From Anaeromyxobacteraceae bacterium (GTDB taxonomy: Bacteria; Myxococcota; Myxococcia; Myxococcales; Anaeromyxobacteraceae), in the NCBI GenBank assembly GCA_047602405.1, contig JASGHJ010000002.1, positions 3,456,001 through 3,520,000 on the forward strand: DNA of 64,000 bases, read 5' to 3'. A program made the translations under genes and the position numbers. Below the pieces are notes generated by a model. That model saw only the letters and a program-made list of their open reading frames with translations. It did no database searches and was not told the DNA's origin. Positions 9,694-19,008 of the stretch are shown piece after piece. Position 1 is the first letter of the stretch; the number at the start of each line of letters is the position of its first letter.

Positions 9694-10317
9694 TCATCGC
9701 GGTGGCGACGGCCCGTTGGGGCCCCGGCCGCCGGACGCCCGGACCGCCCTCTTCCGGCCCCGGAGCGAGCCCAGGATCCGGTCGAGCCCGAACTCGAACG
9801 CCGCCTCGACGTCGCCGCCGAGGCGGAAGGCCCCCGAGGCCTCCATGCCGGCGAAGCCGTGGGTGAACGCCACGAGGAGCCGCGCCCCCTCGAGCACCTC
9901 CGCCCCGCCGCCCATCCACTCGCCGAGGAGCGCGAGCAGGCCCTGCATCGCCCCCGCGGGCGGACCGGCCGCGGGGGCCGCCGCCTCGGAGGTGGGCGCG
10001 AAGACGAGCGCGTAGAGGCGCGGCTCCCTCCGCGCGAACGCCCGCTGCGCGCGGGCCACCGCCCGCAGCCGCGCCTCCAGGCTCCCCTTCCCCGCCGCGG
10101 CGAGGAGGCGCTCCGCGAGCTCGCGGCCGACCGCGCCGGCCACGCCGCGCAGGATCGCCTCGCGGCCGCCGGAGAAGCGCTTGTAGAGCGACGGCGCCTT
10201 CACGCCGACGGCGGCGGCGAGCTCGCCGAGGGAGAAGGCCGCGGCGCCGTCGCGGGCGACGAGGCGGCGGGCCTCGGCGAGGATCTCGGCCTCCGACGTC
10301 TTCGGGACGGTGGGCAC
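9694..10317 (-). CDS. TetR/AcrR family transcriptional regulator
   Basis: HTH FSLGELAAAVGVKAPSLYKRF; C-terminal HGF..ME..G.F. Confidence 0.9.
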   Translation of the reverse strand: MPTVPKTSEAEILAEARRLVARDGAAAFSLGELAAAVGVKAPSLYKRFSGGREAILRGVAGAVGRELAERLLAAAGKGSLEARLRAVARAQRAFARREPRLYALVFAPTSEAAAPAAGPPAGAMQGLLALLGEWMGGGAEVLEGARLLVAFTHGFAGMEASGAFRLGGDVEAAFEFGLDRILGSLRGRKRAVRASGGRGPNGPSPPR

Positions 10318-10329
10318 GAGCGAGGCCCC

Positions 10330-11007
10330 TCAGGCGGCGGCGGACGCGGGCGGCGCGACGGCGGCGGGTGCGCGGTGCCGGTCGATCCACCACGCCCACG
10401 GCACGAACAGCCAGAGCGAGAGCCCCATCCAGGCGATGACCTCGGGGCCGGGTGGCGGCGGGCCGCCCACCGAGGACGCGAAGACCACGACCATGAAGGC
10501 GACCATCGCGAAGAGCGCGAAGGTGCCGGCCCGATCGGTGGCGCGCGTCGCCCGGAGGTACACCGCGACGCCGAGCGCGAGCGAGAGGAGCTCCGCCGCG
10601 ACGGTGACCGGCACCACGTTCCAGAGACCCAGCCCGAGCTTCGGCCCGCCCGGCCAGAGCGGCAGGTCCGGCCGGTGGAACGGGAGGTCCAGCAGCCAGT
10701 GCGCCGGCACGAGCGCGCCCGAGACGAGCGCGGTGCGGAGGTCCCTCCCCCACGCCCACACGCCGAGGCCGAACAGGGCGCCCACGAGCGTGATGGTGAG
10801 GAGGCTGTGCGACCAGGGATACGACTCGAAGTCGAGGTCGGACGCGGCCATGAGGCCAGGGACGATCGTCACCTTCTCGAGGCCGAGGAGGAGCAGCACC
10901 GGCCACAGGCAGTCGGCGAGGTTGCCGGCGAGGACGAGGGTGCCGAGGCCGGCCCGCGGGGCGGCGCGCTTCGAGGCGAGGGCGAGTCCGTAGTGGCCGA
11001 GGAACAC
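10330..11007 (-). CDS. Membrane-bound metal-dependent hydrolase-like protein
   Basis: MFLGH, YPWSHSL, HWLLD..H.PDLP motifs; multiple TM helices. Confidence 0.75.
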   Translation of the reverse strand: MFLGHYGLALASKRAAPRAGLGTLVLAGNLADCLWPVLLLLGLEKVTIVPGLMAASDLDFESYPWSHSLLTITLVGALFGLGVWAWGRDLRTALVSGALVPAHWLLDLPFHRPDLPLWPGGPKLGLGLWNVVPVTVAAELLSLALGVAVYLRATRATDRAGTFALFAMVAFMVVVFASSVGGPPPPGPEVIAWMGLSLWLFVPWAWWIDRHRAPAAVAPPASAAA

Positions 11008-11032
11008 GGGGGGGCGGGCTCCAATCCCGCTG

Positions 11033-11059
11033 GGCTATCTATAGTAGCCATGATGGTTA
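11033..11059. promoter_or_regulatory. Candidate TetR operator in a divergent promoter
   Basis: AT-rich inverted repeat GGCTA-TCTATAG-TAGCC plus overlapping AGCCATGATGGTT, just upstream of the hydrolase-tetR operon. Confidence 0.5.
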
Positions 11060-11129
11060 TCCTCAATATCCTTGACGGAGCACCCCACGGAGGACACGCT
11101 GCGCGTGAATCTGCGCCCCGGGAGTCCTC

Positions 11130-11732
11130 ATGACGCTGCTCCGCCTCGCCCTCGCCGCCTCCTTGCTCGCGGCCGCGGCCAGCGCCGCCGCCGAGCCCGG
11201 TGAGCTTCCCCCGCCCCGGCACCGGCTCGGGCTGGGAGTGTCCCTGAACACCGGCCTCGTGGGGTCGTACCTCTCCTCGCTCAACAGCGCCGTGCCTGCG
11301 TCCCAGGTCTACGTGCTCGTGCCCGTGGACGCGCGGTACCGGCTCGAGCCGACGGTCGGCTGGGCCTCGCTGGAGGACGAGGCTCAGGGAGAGCGGGGGT
11401 CCAGCCTCGTCCTCGGGCTGGGGATGCTCGGAGGCGGCGCCCTGAAGCCGGACCTGGAAGGTTACATGGGTGCGCGCGCAGCGGTGACCTGGACGAAGCT
11501 GCGGGCGACCGGCCTCGACTCCGAGATCTCGGCGATGAACGTGACCGTCGCGGGCGTCGGGGGTCTCGAATACCTCCTGGGCGCGGCGTTCACGCTCGGC
11601 CTCGAGGTGCAGGTGCAGTACTCCGCGCTCGGGAGCCGGCACGTGAACTCACCCGCTGGAGCCTCGTCGACGAAGGGCGGCCACTCCTCCTCGACCGAGG
11701 GGCTGTTCTTCCTCAGGGGGTACTTCCTGTAG
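11130..11732 (+). CDS. Outer-membrane beta-barrel protein (paralog of 25614-26171)
   Basis: Signal peptide, about 8 beta strands, GLEYLLG, terminal LRGYFL. Confidence 0.7.
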   Translation: MTLLRLALAASLLAAAASAAAEPGELPPPRHRLGLGVSLNTGLVGSYLSSLNSAVPASQVYVLVPVDARYRLEPTVGWASLEDEAQGERGSSLVLGLGMLGGGALKPDLEGYMGARAAVTWTKLRATGLDSEISAMNVTVAGVGGLEYLLGAAFTLGLEVQVQYSALGSRHVNSPAGASSTKGGHSSSTEGLFFLRGYFL

Positions 11733-11747
11733 AGACCAGGCCCGCCG

Positions 11748-13587
11748 CTACATGTGCGGCGGCATCACCCAGACGAACTTCGCGAGCAGCGTGCCGTCGG
11801 CGAGCGGCGTGACGACGGCGTCGGCGGACTCGCCGGTGACGAGGTCGGCGAGGCCGATCGGCTTCATGCCCTGCATGATCACCGTGGCGGCGTCCACGGC
11901 GAGGGTCTTCCCACCCACCACCACCGTCTTGCCCGCGACGTCCGCCGTGCCGATCGGGCCGGTCACGTGGTCGACCGTGGGCGGCGGCGCGGCGGGCGCG
12001 ACCAGGATCGAGAGCGCCGTGAGCGTGCCGTCGGCGTTCTTCGTGGCCATCGCCGCGGCGGGCTCCCCGACCTTCAGGTCGGAGAGGCCGATCACGGCCG
12101 TGCCCCGGAGGAGCTTCGTCTCGGCGTTCACGAGCAGCGTCACGTCGATGGCGGCCGAGGTCGTCACCATGCCGATGGGCTCGACCGTGAGCGTGACGCT
12201 GTCGGCCCCGACCCCCTTCACGGTCCCGCGGAAGCCGAGGACGGCGGGCGGAGGCGCGGGCATGAGCTGGATCGCGACCGCCGTGAGCGTCGCGTCGGCG
12301 GCCCTCCGCGCGAGCGCGCCCGCGAACTCGCCCACCTTCACGTCGGCGAGGGCGATGACGGCCGTGCCGCGCATGATCTTCGTGTTCGCGTCGACGAGCA
12401 CCTCCACGAGCGCGGTGGGCGAGGTCGAGGCCCATGGGCCCGGCCTGGACCTCGAGCGTGAGGGAGTCGGAGCCGACCGCCTGGACCGCGCCGTGGAGCT
12501 CCACGAGGTCCGGCGAGGGCGGCCGGAGCGCGAGCACGTGCACCTCGGCGGCGAGGAGCGAGCCGTCGGGCTGCTTCGTCACCTCCGCGTCGGCGAACTG
12601 GCCGACCTGCACGTCGGCGAGCCCGGCCACGCCCGTCCACGCCGTGTGATCGTCCACGCCGACCTTCGTGTCGCCCACGGTGAAGGTCTTCCCGGCGGCG
12701 TCGACCGCCGACACCCTGCCCGCCACGTGGAAGTCGTCCGGCATCCCTTGGCCGCCGAGCACGCGCACGACGCCCGCCAGGATCACGCCCGCCGCGTCCG
12801 CCACGCCGCGGACGAGCACCCGGTCGCCGATCCGCAGGTCCGCGATCGCGATCGCCTGGTCCCGGCTCACGATGCGCGCCTTCGAGGCGTCGACCTTCTG
12901 GCCGTCCACCGTCAGGTTCGTGCCGTCGACCGCCTCGAGCGTCCCCACGAGGGCGAGGCCGCCCGGTGCGTCGCCCGGGCCCGGGTCGGGCCGGACCTCG
13001 ACCCGCTGCGCCGCGACCGTGCCGTCCGCCTGCAGCGTGCCCTCGACCTCGACGAGCTGACCGACCGCGAGGTCGCCGAACGCCGCCGCGTCCCGTCCGC
13101 TCCGGAGGACGGTCGCGTCGGTGATCGCGACGACGCGGCCCGCGACCGTGATGGTCTTGCCCGTCGCGTCGACGCTCTCGATGGGCCCGCTGAACTCGGT
13201 GCCGGTGCGCTCGCACCGCTCGGAGGCGGTCGAGCCGGTGAGCGCGACCGTCACCTGCCGGTACTCGCCCGCGAGGACGGTCGCGATGCCGAGCCGGGCC
13301 TGGACCCCGGCGCCCGAGAAGGTGAGCTCGCTCGCGCCCGCGGGCACGCCGTCGAGGGCGAAGGCGCCCGCGGCGTCGGTGGTGGTGGACGGTCCGCCGC
13401 CGACCTGGACCTTCAGCGCCTGGTTGCCCGCGCCGAGCACGGTGCCCTCGATCGCGCCGCCGCTCCGCTGCGGGGAGGTCCTCGCCGTGCCGCCGCCGCA
13501 GGCCGAGACCGCGAGCAGCGCCGCCGCGCCGATCGCCAGCAAGGGCCTCGTCGAGAGGCCGGAGAGGCTCCTGTCCGTCATGGCCAT
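11748..13587 (-). CDS. Multi-DUF5666 repeat lipoprotein (apparent +1 frameshift at about 12417-12433)
   Basis: Lipobox VSAC-GG. About six repeats of G.(V/I)..VD....T..V.G..V.VD..T....ADL.VG..V.V.....DG.L.A continue across the frame change. Confidence 0.8.
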
Positions 13588-13716
13588 ACCCTCCGTCGTG
13601 GGTGCTCCGAGCCTAACAACACGGCCGGCGGGTGGCGCAATCCGAACCCCGAGAGGTCATGCACCGTCCGGTACGATCGGCGCGAGGCCTACATGCAACT
13701 CGCAACGCCGGGCGGG

Positions 13717-14874
13717 CTACGCGAGCTGCGTCCTGAACCGCACCGCCGCGAGCCCCATGAGGCCGAGCCCCAGGACCGCGAGCGCGGCCAGCTGGAACCA
13801 GAGATCCGCGAGGCCGGCCCCGCGCAGGAGCACCCCGCGCATGACCTCGGCGAAGTGCCGGAGCGGGTTGAGGTACGTGACCGCCTGCAGCCAGCCCGGC
13901 ATCGCGCGGATGGGCGTCATCACGCCGGACAGCAGGATGGCGGGCATCATGAAGAGGAAGCCGCCGAGGAACGCCTGCTGCTGGGTCTGCGAGACGGTGG
14001 AGATGAACAGCCCCATGCCGAGCGTGGAGAAGAGGTAGAGCGCCACGCCCACCAGGCCGACGAGGAGGCTCCCGCGCAGCGGCACCTCGAAGACCCAGGT
14101 GCCGGCGGCGATGAGGAGCGCCATGTCGATGAGGCCGAACATGAGGAACGGGAGGAGCTTCCCGAGGAGCAGCCACAGCGGCTGGATCGGGGTCACGAGC
14201 ACCTGCTCCATCGTGCCGTTCTCGCGCTCGCGGCTGAGGCCCATCGCGGTGACGAGGGTGGTCACGATGACGAGGAGCATCGCGGCGATGCCGGGGACGA
14301 GGTACGGCGCCGTCTTGAGCCGCGGGTTGTACGCGACGCGCGGGACGAGCTCGATCTGCGCGGGCTCCGGCCGGCCGGCGGCGCGCAGCCGCTCGCGCAT
14401 GAGCGCCTCGGCGCGCTCCCCGAAGTAGCGCGAGGCGGCGGCGCCGGCGGTGGAGGCGCGGTTGGGATCGGTGCCGTCGAGGAGCACCTGCACCTCGGCG
14501 GGCCGGTGCGCGGCGAGGTCGGCCCCGAGGCCGGAGGGGAGCACGAGCGCCGCGGCGGCCCGGCCGTCGTCGACGAGGCGCACGGCCTCCCCGGCGGAGC
14601 CCGCCTCGGCGCGCGCGCGCAGCGTGCCGTCGGCGAGGAGCCGGCGCGCGTGCTCGCGGCTCTCGGCGCTCCGGTCGAGGTCGACGAGCACCGTCGGCAC
14701 GTCGTCGACGTCGAAGTTGACGGCGAAGCCGAAGATCATCGTCTGCACGAGCGGCGCGGCGATGACCATGAACATCACGCGGCGGTCGCGGACGGTCTGG
14801 CGCATCTCCTTGCGGAAGACCGCGGCGACCTGCAGCCGCGGCGACGGCCCGCTGCGCTCCGGGGTGGGGGTCAC
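13717..14874 (-). CDS. ABC transporter permease (YbhR-like)
   Basis: KEMRQTVRDRR; SRERENGTMEQVLVTP; NPLRHFAEVMRGV. Confidence 0.9.
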   Translation of the reverse strand: MTPTPERSGPSPRLQVAAVFRKEMRQTVRDRRVMFMVIAAPLVQTMIFGFAVNFDVDDVPTVLVDLDRSAESREHARRLLADGTLRARAEAGSAGEAVRLVDDGRAAAALVLPSGLGADLAAHRPAEVQVLLDGTDPNRASTAGAAASRYFGERAEALMRERLRAAGRPEPAQIELVPRVAYNPRLKTAPYLVPGIAAMLLVIVTTLVTAMGLSRERENGTMEQVLVTPIQPLWLLLGKLLPFLMFGLIDMALLIAAGTWVFEVPLRGSLLVGLVGVALYLFSTLGMGLFISTVSQTQQQAFLGGFLFMMPAILLSGVMTPIRAMPGWLQAVTYLNPLRHFAEVMRGVLLRGAGLADLWFQLAALAVLGLGLMGLAAVRFRTQLA

Positions 14875-16025
14875 GCGAGCCTCCGCTGGAAGCGGGCCGT
14901 GGCGATCGCGAGGATCACGACGGTGAAGAGGGTCATGGCGAGGAGGTCGGGCCACACGACGCCGAGCCCGTTCCCCTTGAGGAGCACGCCGCGGAGCCCG
15001 TGGACGAGGTACCGCGCCGGGATGATCCGGGAGAGGAGCTGCAGCGGCACCGGCATGCTCTCGATGGGGAAGATCATCCCGGAGAGGATCACCGAGGGGA
15101 GCATCGCCGAGAGCGCGCCGCCCTGGGTCGCCACGAGCTGGTTCTTCGTCACGACCGAGATGAGGAGCCCCTGCCCGAGCATGCCGGCGAGGAACACGAA
15201 GCCGAGCAGGAACACCACGAGGGTGGGCCCGCGCGCCGGGACCTCGAAGACGAACATGCCGACCGCGATCACGAGGAGGAGCGCGAGGAGGCCCAGCACG
15301 AGGTACGGCAGGAGCTTCCCCAGGATGATCTCGAAGCGCCCGACCGGCGTCGCGAAGAGCTGCTCCATCGAGCCGCGCTCCCACTCGCCGGCGATGGCGA
15401 GCGCCGTGAGCATGACGGCGGTGATGGCGAGGAGGAGCGCGGTGAGCCCCGGCACCATGAACACCGCCGAGCGGCCCTCCGGGTTGTAGAGCGTCCAGAC
15501 CTTCACCTGGAGCGGCGGCTCGAGGCGGGTGGCCTCCACGCCGGCGAGGCCGCGGGTCACCCCGCGGACGATGCCGTCGGCCTTCGCGAGGACCTGGTTC
15601 GCGACCACGGGGTCGGAGCCGTCGACGAGGAGCTGGACCTTCGTGCGCTTCCCGCCCGCGAGGTCGGCCGCGTAGCCGCGGGGGATCTCGAAGGCGGCGA
15701 CGGCGGCGCCCTTCCGGAAGAGCGGCTCGGCGTCGCCGGGCGCGACCTGGCCCACCACGGCGAGCTCGCCCGCGGCGCCGAGCGAGCGGGTGAGCGCGCG
15801 CGAGGCCTCCGAGGCGTCGCGATCGGCGACGACCACCGGAAGGTGGTCGAGGTCGGTGGAGACCCCGTAGCCGAACAGGAACAGGAGCGCGACCGGCATC
15901 ACGAGCGCGAGCACGAGCGTGCGCGGATCGCGGCGGACGTGGATGGTCTCCTTCGCGGCCATGGCGCCGATGCGGACGAGGGAGCGGCGGAGGCGCTCGG
16001 CCTGGCTGAGGGTCCCGTCGCTCAT
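14871..16025 (-). CDS. ABC transporter permease (YbhS-like)
   Basis: KETIHVRRDPRTL; AGEWERGSMEQLFATP. Confidence 0.9.
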   Translation of the reverse strand: MSDGTLSQAERLRRSLVRIGAMAAKETIHVRRDPRTLVLALVMPVALLFLFGYGVSTDLDHLPVVVADRDASEASRALTRSLGAAGELAVVGQVAPGDAEPLFRKGAAVAAFEIPRGYAADLAGGKRTKVQLLVDGSDPVVANQVLAKADGIVRGVTRGLAGVEATRLEPPLQVKVWTLYNPEGRSAVFMVPGLTALLLAITAVMLTALAIAGEWERGSMEQLFATPVGRFEIILGKLLPYLVLGLLALLLVIAVGMFVFEVPARGPTLVVFLLGFVFLAGMLGQGLLISVVTKNQLVATQGGALSAMLPSVILSGMIFPIESMPVPLQLLSRIIPARYLVHGLRGVLLKGNGLGVVWPDLLAMTLFTVVILAIATARFQRRLA

Positions 16026-16966
16026 GCGGCACCCTTCTTGACGCCCGCGCCGACCACCGCGAGGAAGACGTCCTCGAGCGAGGCCTGCACCTCCTCGGCC
16101 TGCACCTCGCGCGCGCCCGCCCGGGCGAGCGCCGCCGCGACCGCGCCGGCGTCGAGCGCGGCGGGATCGACCCGCACGTGCACCGCGGCGCCGAACGGCT
16201 CGGCCGACCGCACGCCGGGGAGCGCGCGCAGGGCCGGCAGCGCCCCGCCGAGCCCGGCCCCGCGCGCGAGAACGACGCGCTCGGGCACCCAGGTGCGCTT
16301 CAGGCCCGAGGGCGTGTCGAGCGCGACGAGCTTGCCGTCGACCATGAGGCCGATGCGCCGGCAGTACTCGGCCTCGTCGAGGTAGTGCGTGGTGACGAAC
16401 ACGGTCGTGCCGCCCGCGGCGAGCTCGCGGATGAGGTCCCAGAACGCGCGCCGCGCGACCGGATCCACGCCCGCGGTGGGCTCGTCGAGGAAGACGACCT
16501 TCGGCCGGTGGAGGAGCGCGCTCGCGAGCGCGAGCCGCTGGCGCAGGCCACCCGGGAGGTCGCCGGTGGTCTGCTCCTCGTGGCCGGTGAGCCCGACCCG
16601 CTCGAGGAGCTCGGCCGCGCGCCGGCGGAGGGCGGTGCCCTCGAGGCCGTAGGCGGAGCCGAAGAAGACGAGGTTCTCCATGACCGGGAGGTCGAGGTAG
16701 AGGGAGAACTTCTGGCTCATGTAGCCGATGGAGCGCTTCACGGAGGCCGGGTCCTTCCCGACGTCGTGGCCCGCGACCGTGCCCACCCCGCCCGTCGGCG
16801 CCAGCAGCCCGATGAGCATGCGGATGGTGGTCGACTTCCCGGCGCCGTTCGCGCCGAGGTAGCCGAAGATCTCGCCCTCCTCGACCTCGAAGCTCACGCG
16901 GTCGACGGCGGTGAACGCGCCGAAGCGGCGGGTGAGGTCCCGGGCGGTGACGGTGGGCGCGCTCAC
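16022..16966 (-). CDS. ABC transporter ATP-binding protein
   Basis: GANGAGKST, GYMSQKFSLY, LDEPTAGVDP. Confidence 0.9.
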   Translation of the reverse strand: MSAPTVTARDLTRRFGAFTAVDRVSFEVEEGEIFGYLGANGAGKSTTIRMLIGLLAPTGGVGTVAGHDVGKDPASVKRSIGYMSQKFSLYLDLPVMENLVFFGSAYGLEGTALRRRAAELLERVGLTGHEEQTTGDLPGGLRQRLALASALLHRPKVVFLDEPTAGVDPVARRAFWDLIRELAAGGTTVFVTTHYLDEAEYCRRIGLMVDGKLVALDTPSGLKRTWVPERVVLARGAGLGGALPALRALPGVRSAEPFGAAVHVRVDPAALDAGAVAAALARAGAREVQAEEVQASLEDVFLAVVGAGVKKGAA

Positions 16967-17742
16967 GGCTGCGCCTCCGGAACGGCGGGTGCCTCCGGAG
17001 CGGTGGAGGCCTCCTGGATGGCCGAGACGAAGAGCTCCTCGAAGGTGGGCTTCCGGCTCCTGGCGAGGAGCTCCTGCGGCCGCCCCTCGAGGAGGAGCCG
17101 CCCCTCGTGCACGAGCCCCACCCGCGAGCAGCGCTCCGCCTCGTCCATGTACGGGGTGGAGACGACGACGGCCATGCCCGCCTCCACGAACCCGTGGAGG
17201 AGCTCCCAGAGCTCGCGGCGCGAGACCGGGTCGACGCCGTTCGTCGGCTCGTCCAGCAGGAGGAGCTCCGGCTCGTGCAGCAACGCGCACGCGAGCGCGA
17301 GCTTCTTGTACATGCCGCCGGAGAGCTGGTCGGCGCGCCGGTCGCCGAACCGGGCGAGCCGCGTGATGTCGAGGAGCCGCGCCCGGCGCTCCTCGAAGAG
17401 CTTGCGGGGCAGCACGGCGAGGCGGCCGAAGAACTTCAGGTTCTCGTCGATGGTGAGGTCGCGGTAGAGGCTGTACTGCTGTGGCATGAGGCCAATCCGC
17501 TCGCGCACGCGCGGGCTCGTGGGCGGCAGGCCCAGCACCCGCGCCTCGCCGGCGTCGAGGTCGATGAGCCCGGTGAGCGCGCGCATCGCGGTGGTCTTCC
17601 CCGCCCCGTCTGCGCCGACGAGCCCGTAGAGCTCGCCGCGCTCGACGCGGAAGGAGAGCCCACGGAGCGCCCGGGTCTCCCCGAAGCGCCGCTCGAGCCC
17701 GACGGCCTCGAGGGCCGGGCCGGTGGCGACGCCCTCGGTCAC
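16963..17742 (-). CDS. ABC transporter ATP-binding protein
   Basis: GADGAGKTT, LSGGMYKKL, LDEPTNGVDP, STPYMDEAE. Confidence 0.9.
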   Translation of the reverse strand: MTEGVATGPALEAVGLERRFGETRALRGLSFRVERGELYGLVGADGAGKTTAMRALTGLIDLDAGEARVLGLPPTSPRVRERIGLMPQQYSLYRDLTIDENLKFFGRLAVLPRKLFEERRARLLDITRLARFGDRRADQLSGGMYKKLALACALLHEPELLLLDEPTNGVDPVSRRELWELLHGFVEAGMAVVVSTPYMDEAERCSRVGLVHEGRLLLEGRPQELLARSRKPTFEELFVSAIQEASTAPEAPAVPEAQP

Positions 17743-18797
17743 TTGGCCGCCTCGGCGGAGCGGGCGCCCCGGGCGATCGTGACCTGCACCGGCATGCCGT
17801 CCCGCAGCTTCCCGTCCCGGTTCTGGACGGTGACCTCGACCGGGTAGACGAGGCGATCGCGGTCGGTGCGGGTCTGGATGTTGCGCGGCGTGAACTCGGC
17901 CTCGAGCGCGACGGTGCGCACGACGCCCTCGAACGCCTCGTCCGGCCAGGCGTCGGCGACGACGGTCGCCTTCCCGCCCGGCCTCACCGCGCCCACCTCG
18001 GCGTTCGGCAGGTAGAAGGTGGCCTTGAGGTCGGAGAGGTCGACGAGCCGCGCGAGCGTCGTGCCGGGCGTCACGAGCTCGCCCGCCTCGTGCGGGAGCT
18101 TCGCGACCTCGGCGTCGCGCGGCGCCCGGAGCTCGCACTCGCCGACGAGGAGCTTCACGCGGGCGACCTGCGCCTCGCCGGCCCGGACCTGCGCGAGCGC
18201 GGCCTCGGCCTGCGCGGTCGAGGCGTGGAGCCCGGCCTCGGCGGCGCGCGACTGCTCGGCGCTCGCGGCGGCCTGGGCGCGCGCGGCCGCGGCCTGCCGG
18301 GAGAGCCCGGTGGCCGAGGCCTCGGTCTGGTCGAGGCTCGACGCAGCGACGTCGGCGGTGATGGACGCGAGCCGCTTCGCCTGGCGCTCGGCGGCGGCGG
18401 CCTGCGCCTCGAGCGCCTCCGCCTGCGCCTTCGCGGCGTCCTGCCCGGCGGAGGCGGCGACGCGGCTGCGCTCGGAGGCGCGCGCGGAGGCGCCGGCGGC
18501 GTCGGCCTGGGCGCGCGCGGCGGCGAGGCGCGCCTCGGCCTCGGCGAGCTGGGCGGCGGGATCGGCGCAGTCGAGCCGGACGAGGAGGTCGCCCTTCTTC
18601 ACCGCCTGGCCCTCCCGCACCTTCACCTCCTCGATCCGCGCGCCGACGCGGCTCGAGAGGTCGACGGTCACGCCCTCGAGGACACCCGAGCCGCCGGAGG
18701 GCGAGGAGAGCGCCCGCGCCTGGATCCACAGGCGGACGGAGATGAGCCCTGCGAGGACGACGACGAGGACGGCGAGGATGACGACGACACGGCGCAT
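17739..18797 (-). CDS. HlyD family efflux adaptor (YbhG-like)
   Basis: N-terminal TM, VKVREGQAVKKGD, coiled coil, AEFTPRNIQT..DR..LVYPV. Confidence 0.9.
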   Translation of the reverse strand: MRRVVVILAVLVVVLAGLISVRLWIQARALSSPSGGSGVLEGVTVDLSSRVGARIEEVKVREGQAVKKGDLLVRLDCADPAAQLAEAEARLAAARAQADAAGASARASERSRVAASAGQDAAKAQAEALEAQAAAAERQAKRLASITADVAASSLDQTEASATGLSRQAAAARAQAAASAEQSRAAEAGLHASTAQAEAALAQVRAGEAQVARVKLLVGECELRAPRDAEVAKLPHEAGELVTPGTTLARLVDLSDLKATFYLPNAEVGAVRPGGKATVVADAWPDEAFEGVVRTVALEAEFTPRNIQTRTDRDRLVYPVEVTVQNRDGKLRDGMPVQVTIARGARSAEAAK

Positions 18798-18832
18798 GCG
18801 AGGCCTCCGGTGGCTTGGCGCCCCTCCACCTT

Positions 18833-18848
18833 CGCAAGCCGCGTGCCC
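18833..18848 (-). promoter_or_regulatory. Sigma54 (-24/-12) promoter of the hlyD-ABC operon
   Basis: Minus strand gGGCACGCGGCTTGCg = GG-N10-GC. Confidence 0.7.
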
Positions 18849-18978
18849 GCGCGCGCGCCGCGAAATCGGGCGGGTTTTCGGTCCGTGACGCAACCGGCCG
18901 TGTAAGGCAACCCGACGCCCTGCTCGGCGGTCCTGACGGTCGGTCCGCGCGGAGGCGCGAGATCCCGGGGGTTTTCCA

Positions 18979-18995
18979 CCGGCACCGCGCTTGCT
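18979..18995 (+). promoter_or_regulatory. Sigma54 (-24/-12) promoter of the tolC-kinase-activator operon
   Basis: ccGGCACCGCGCTTGCt = GG-N10-GC. Confidence 0.7.
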
Positions 18996-19008
18996 CTGTG
19001 CGGGCGGC

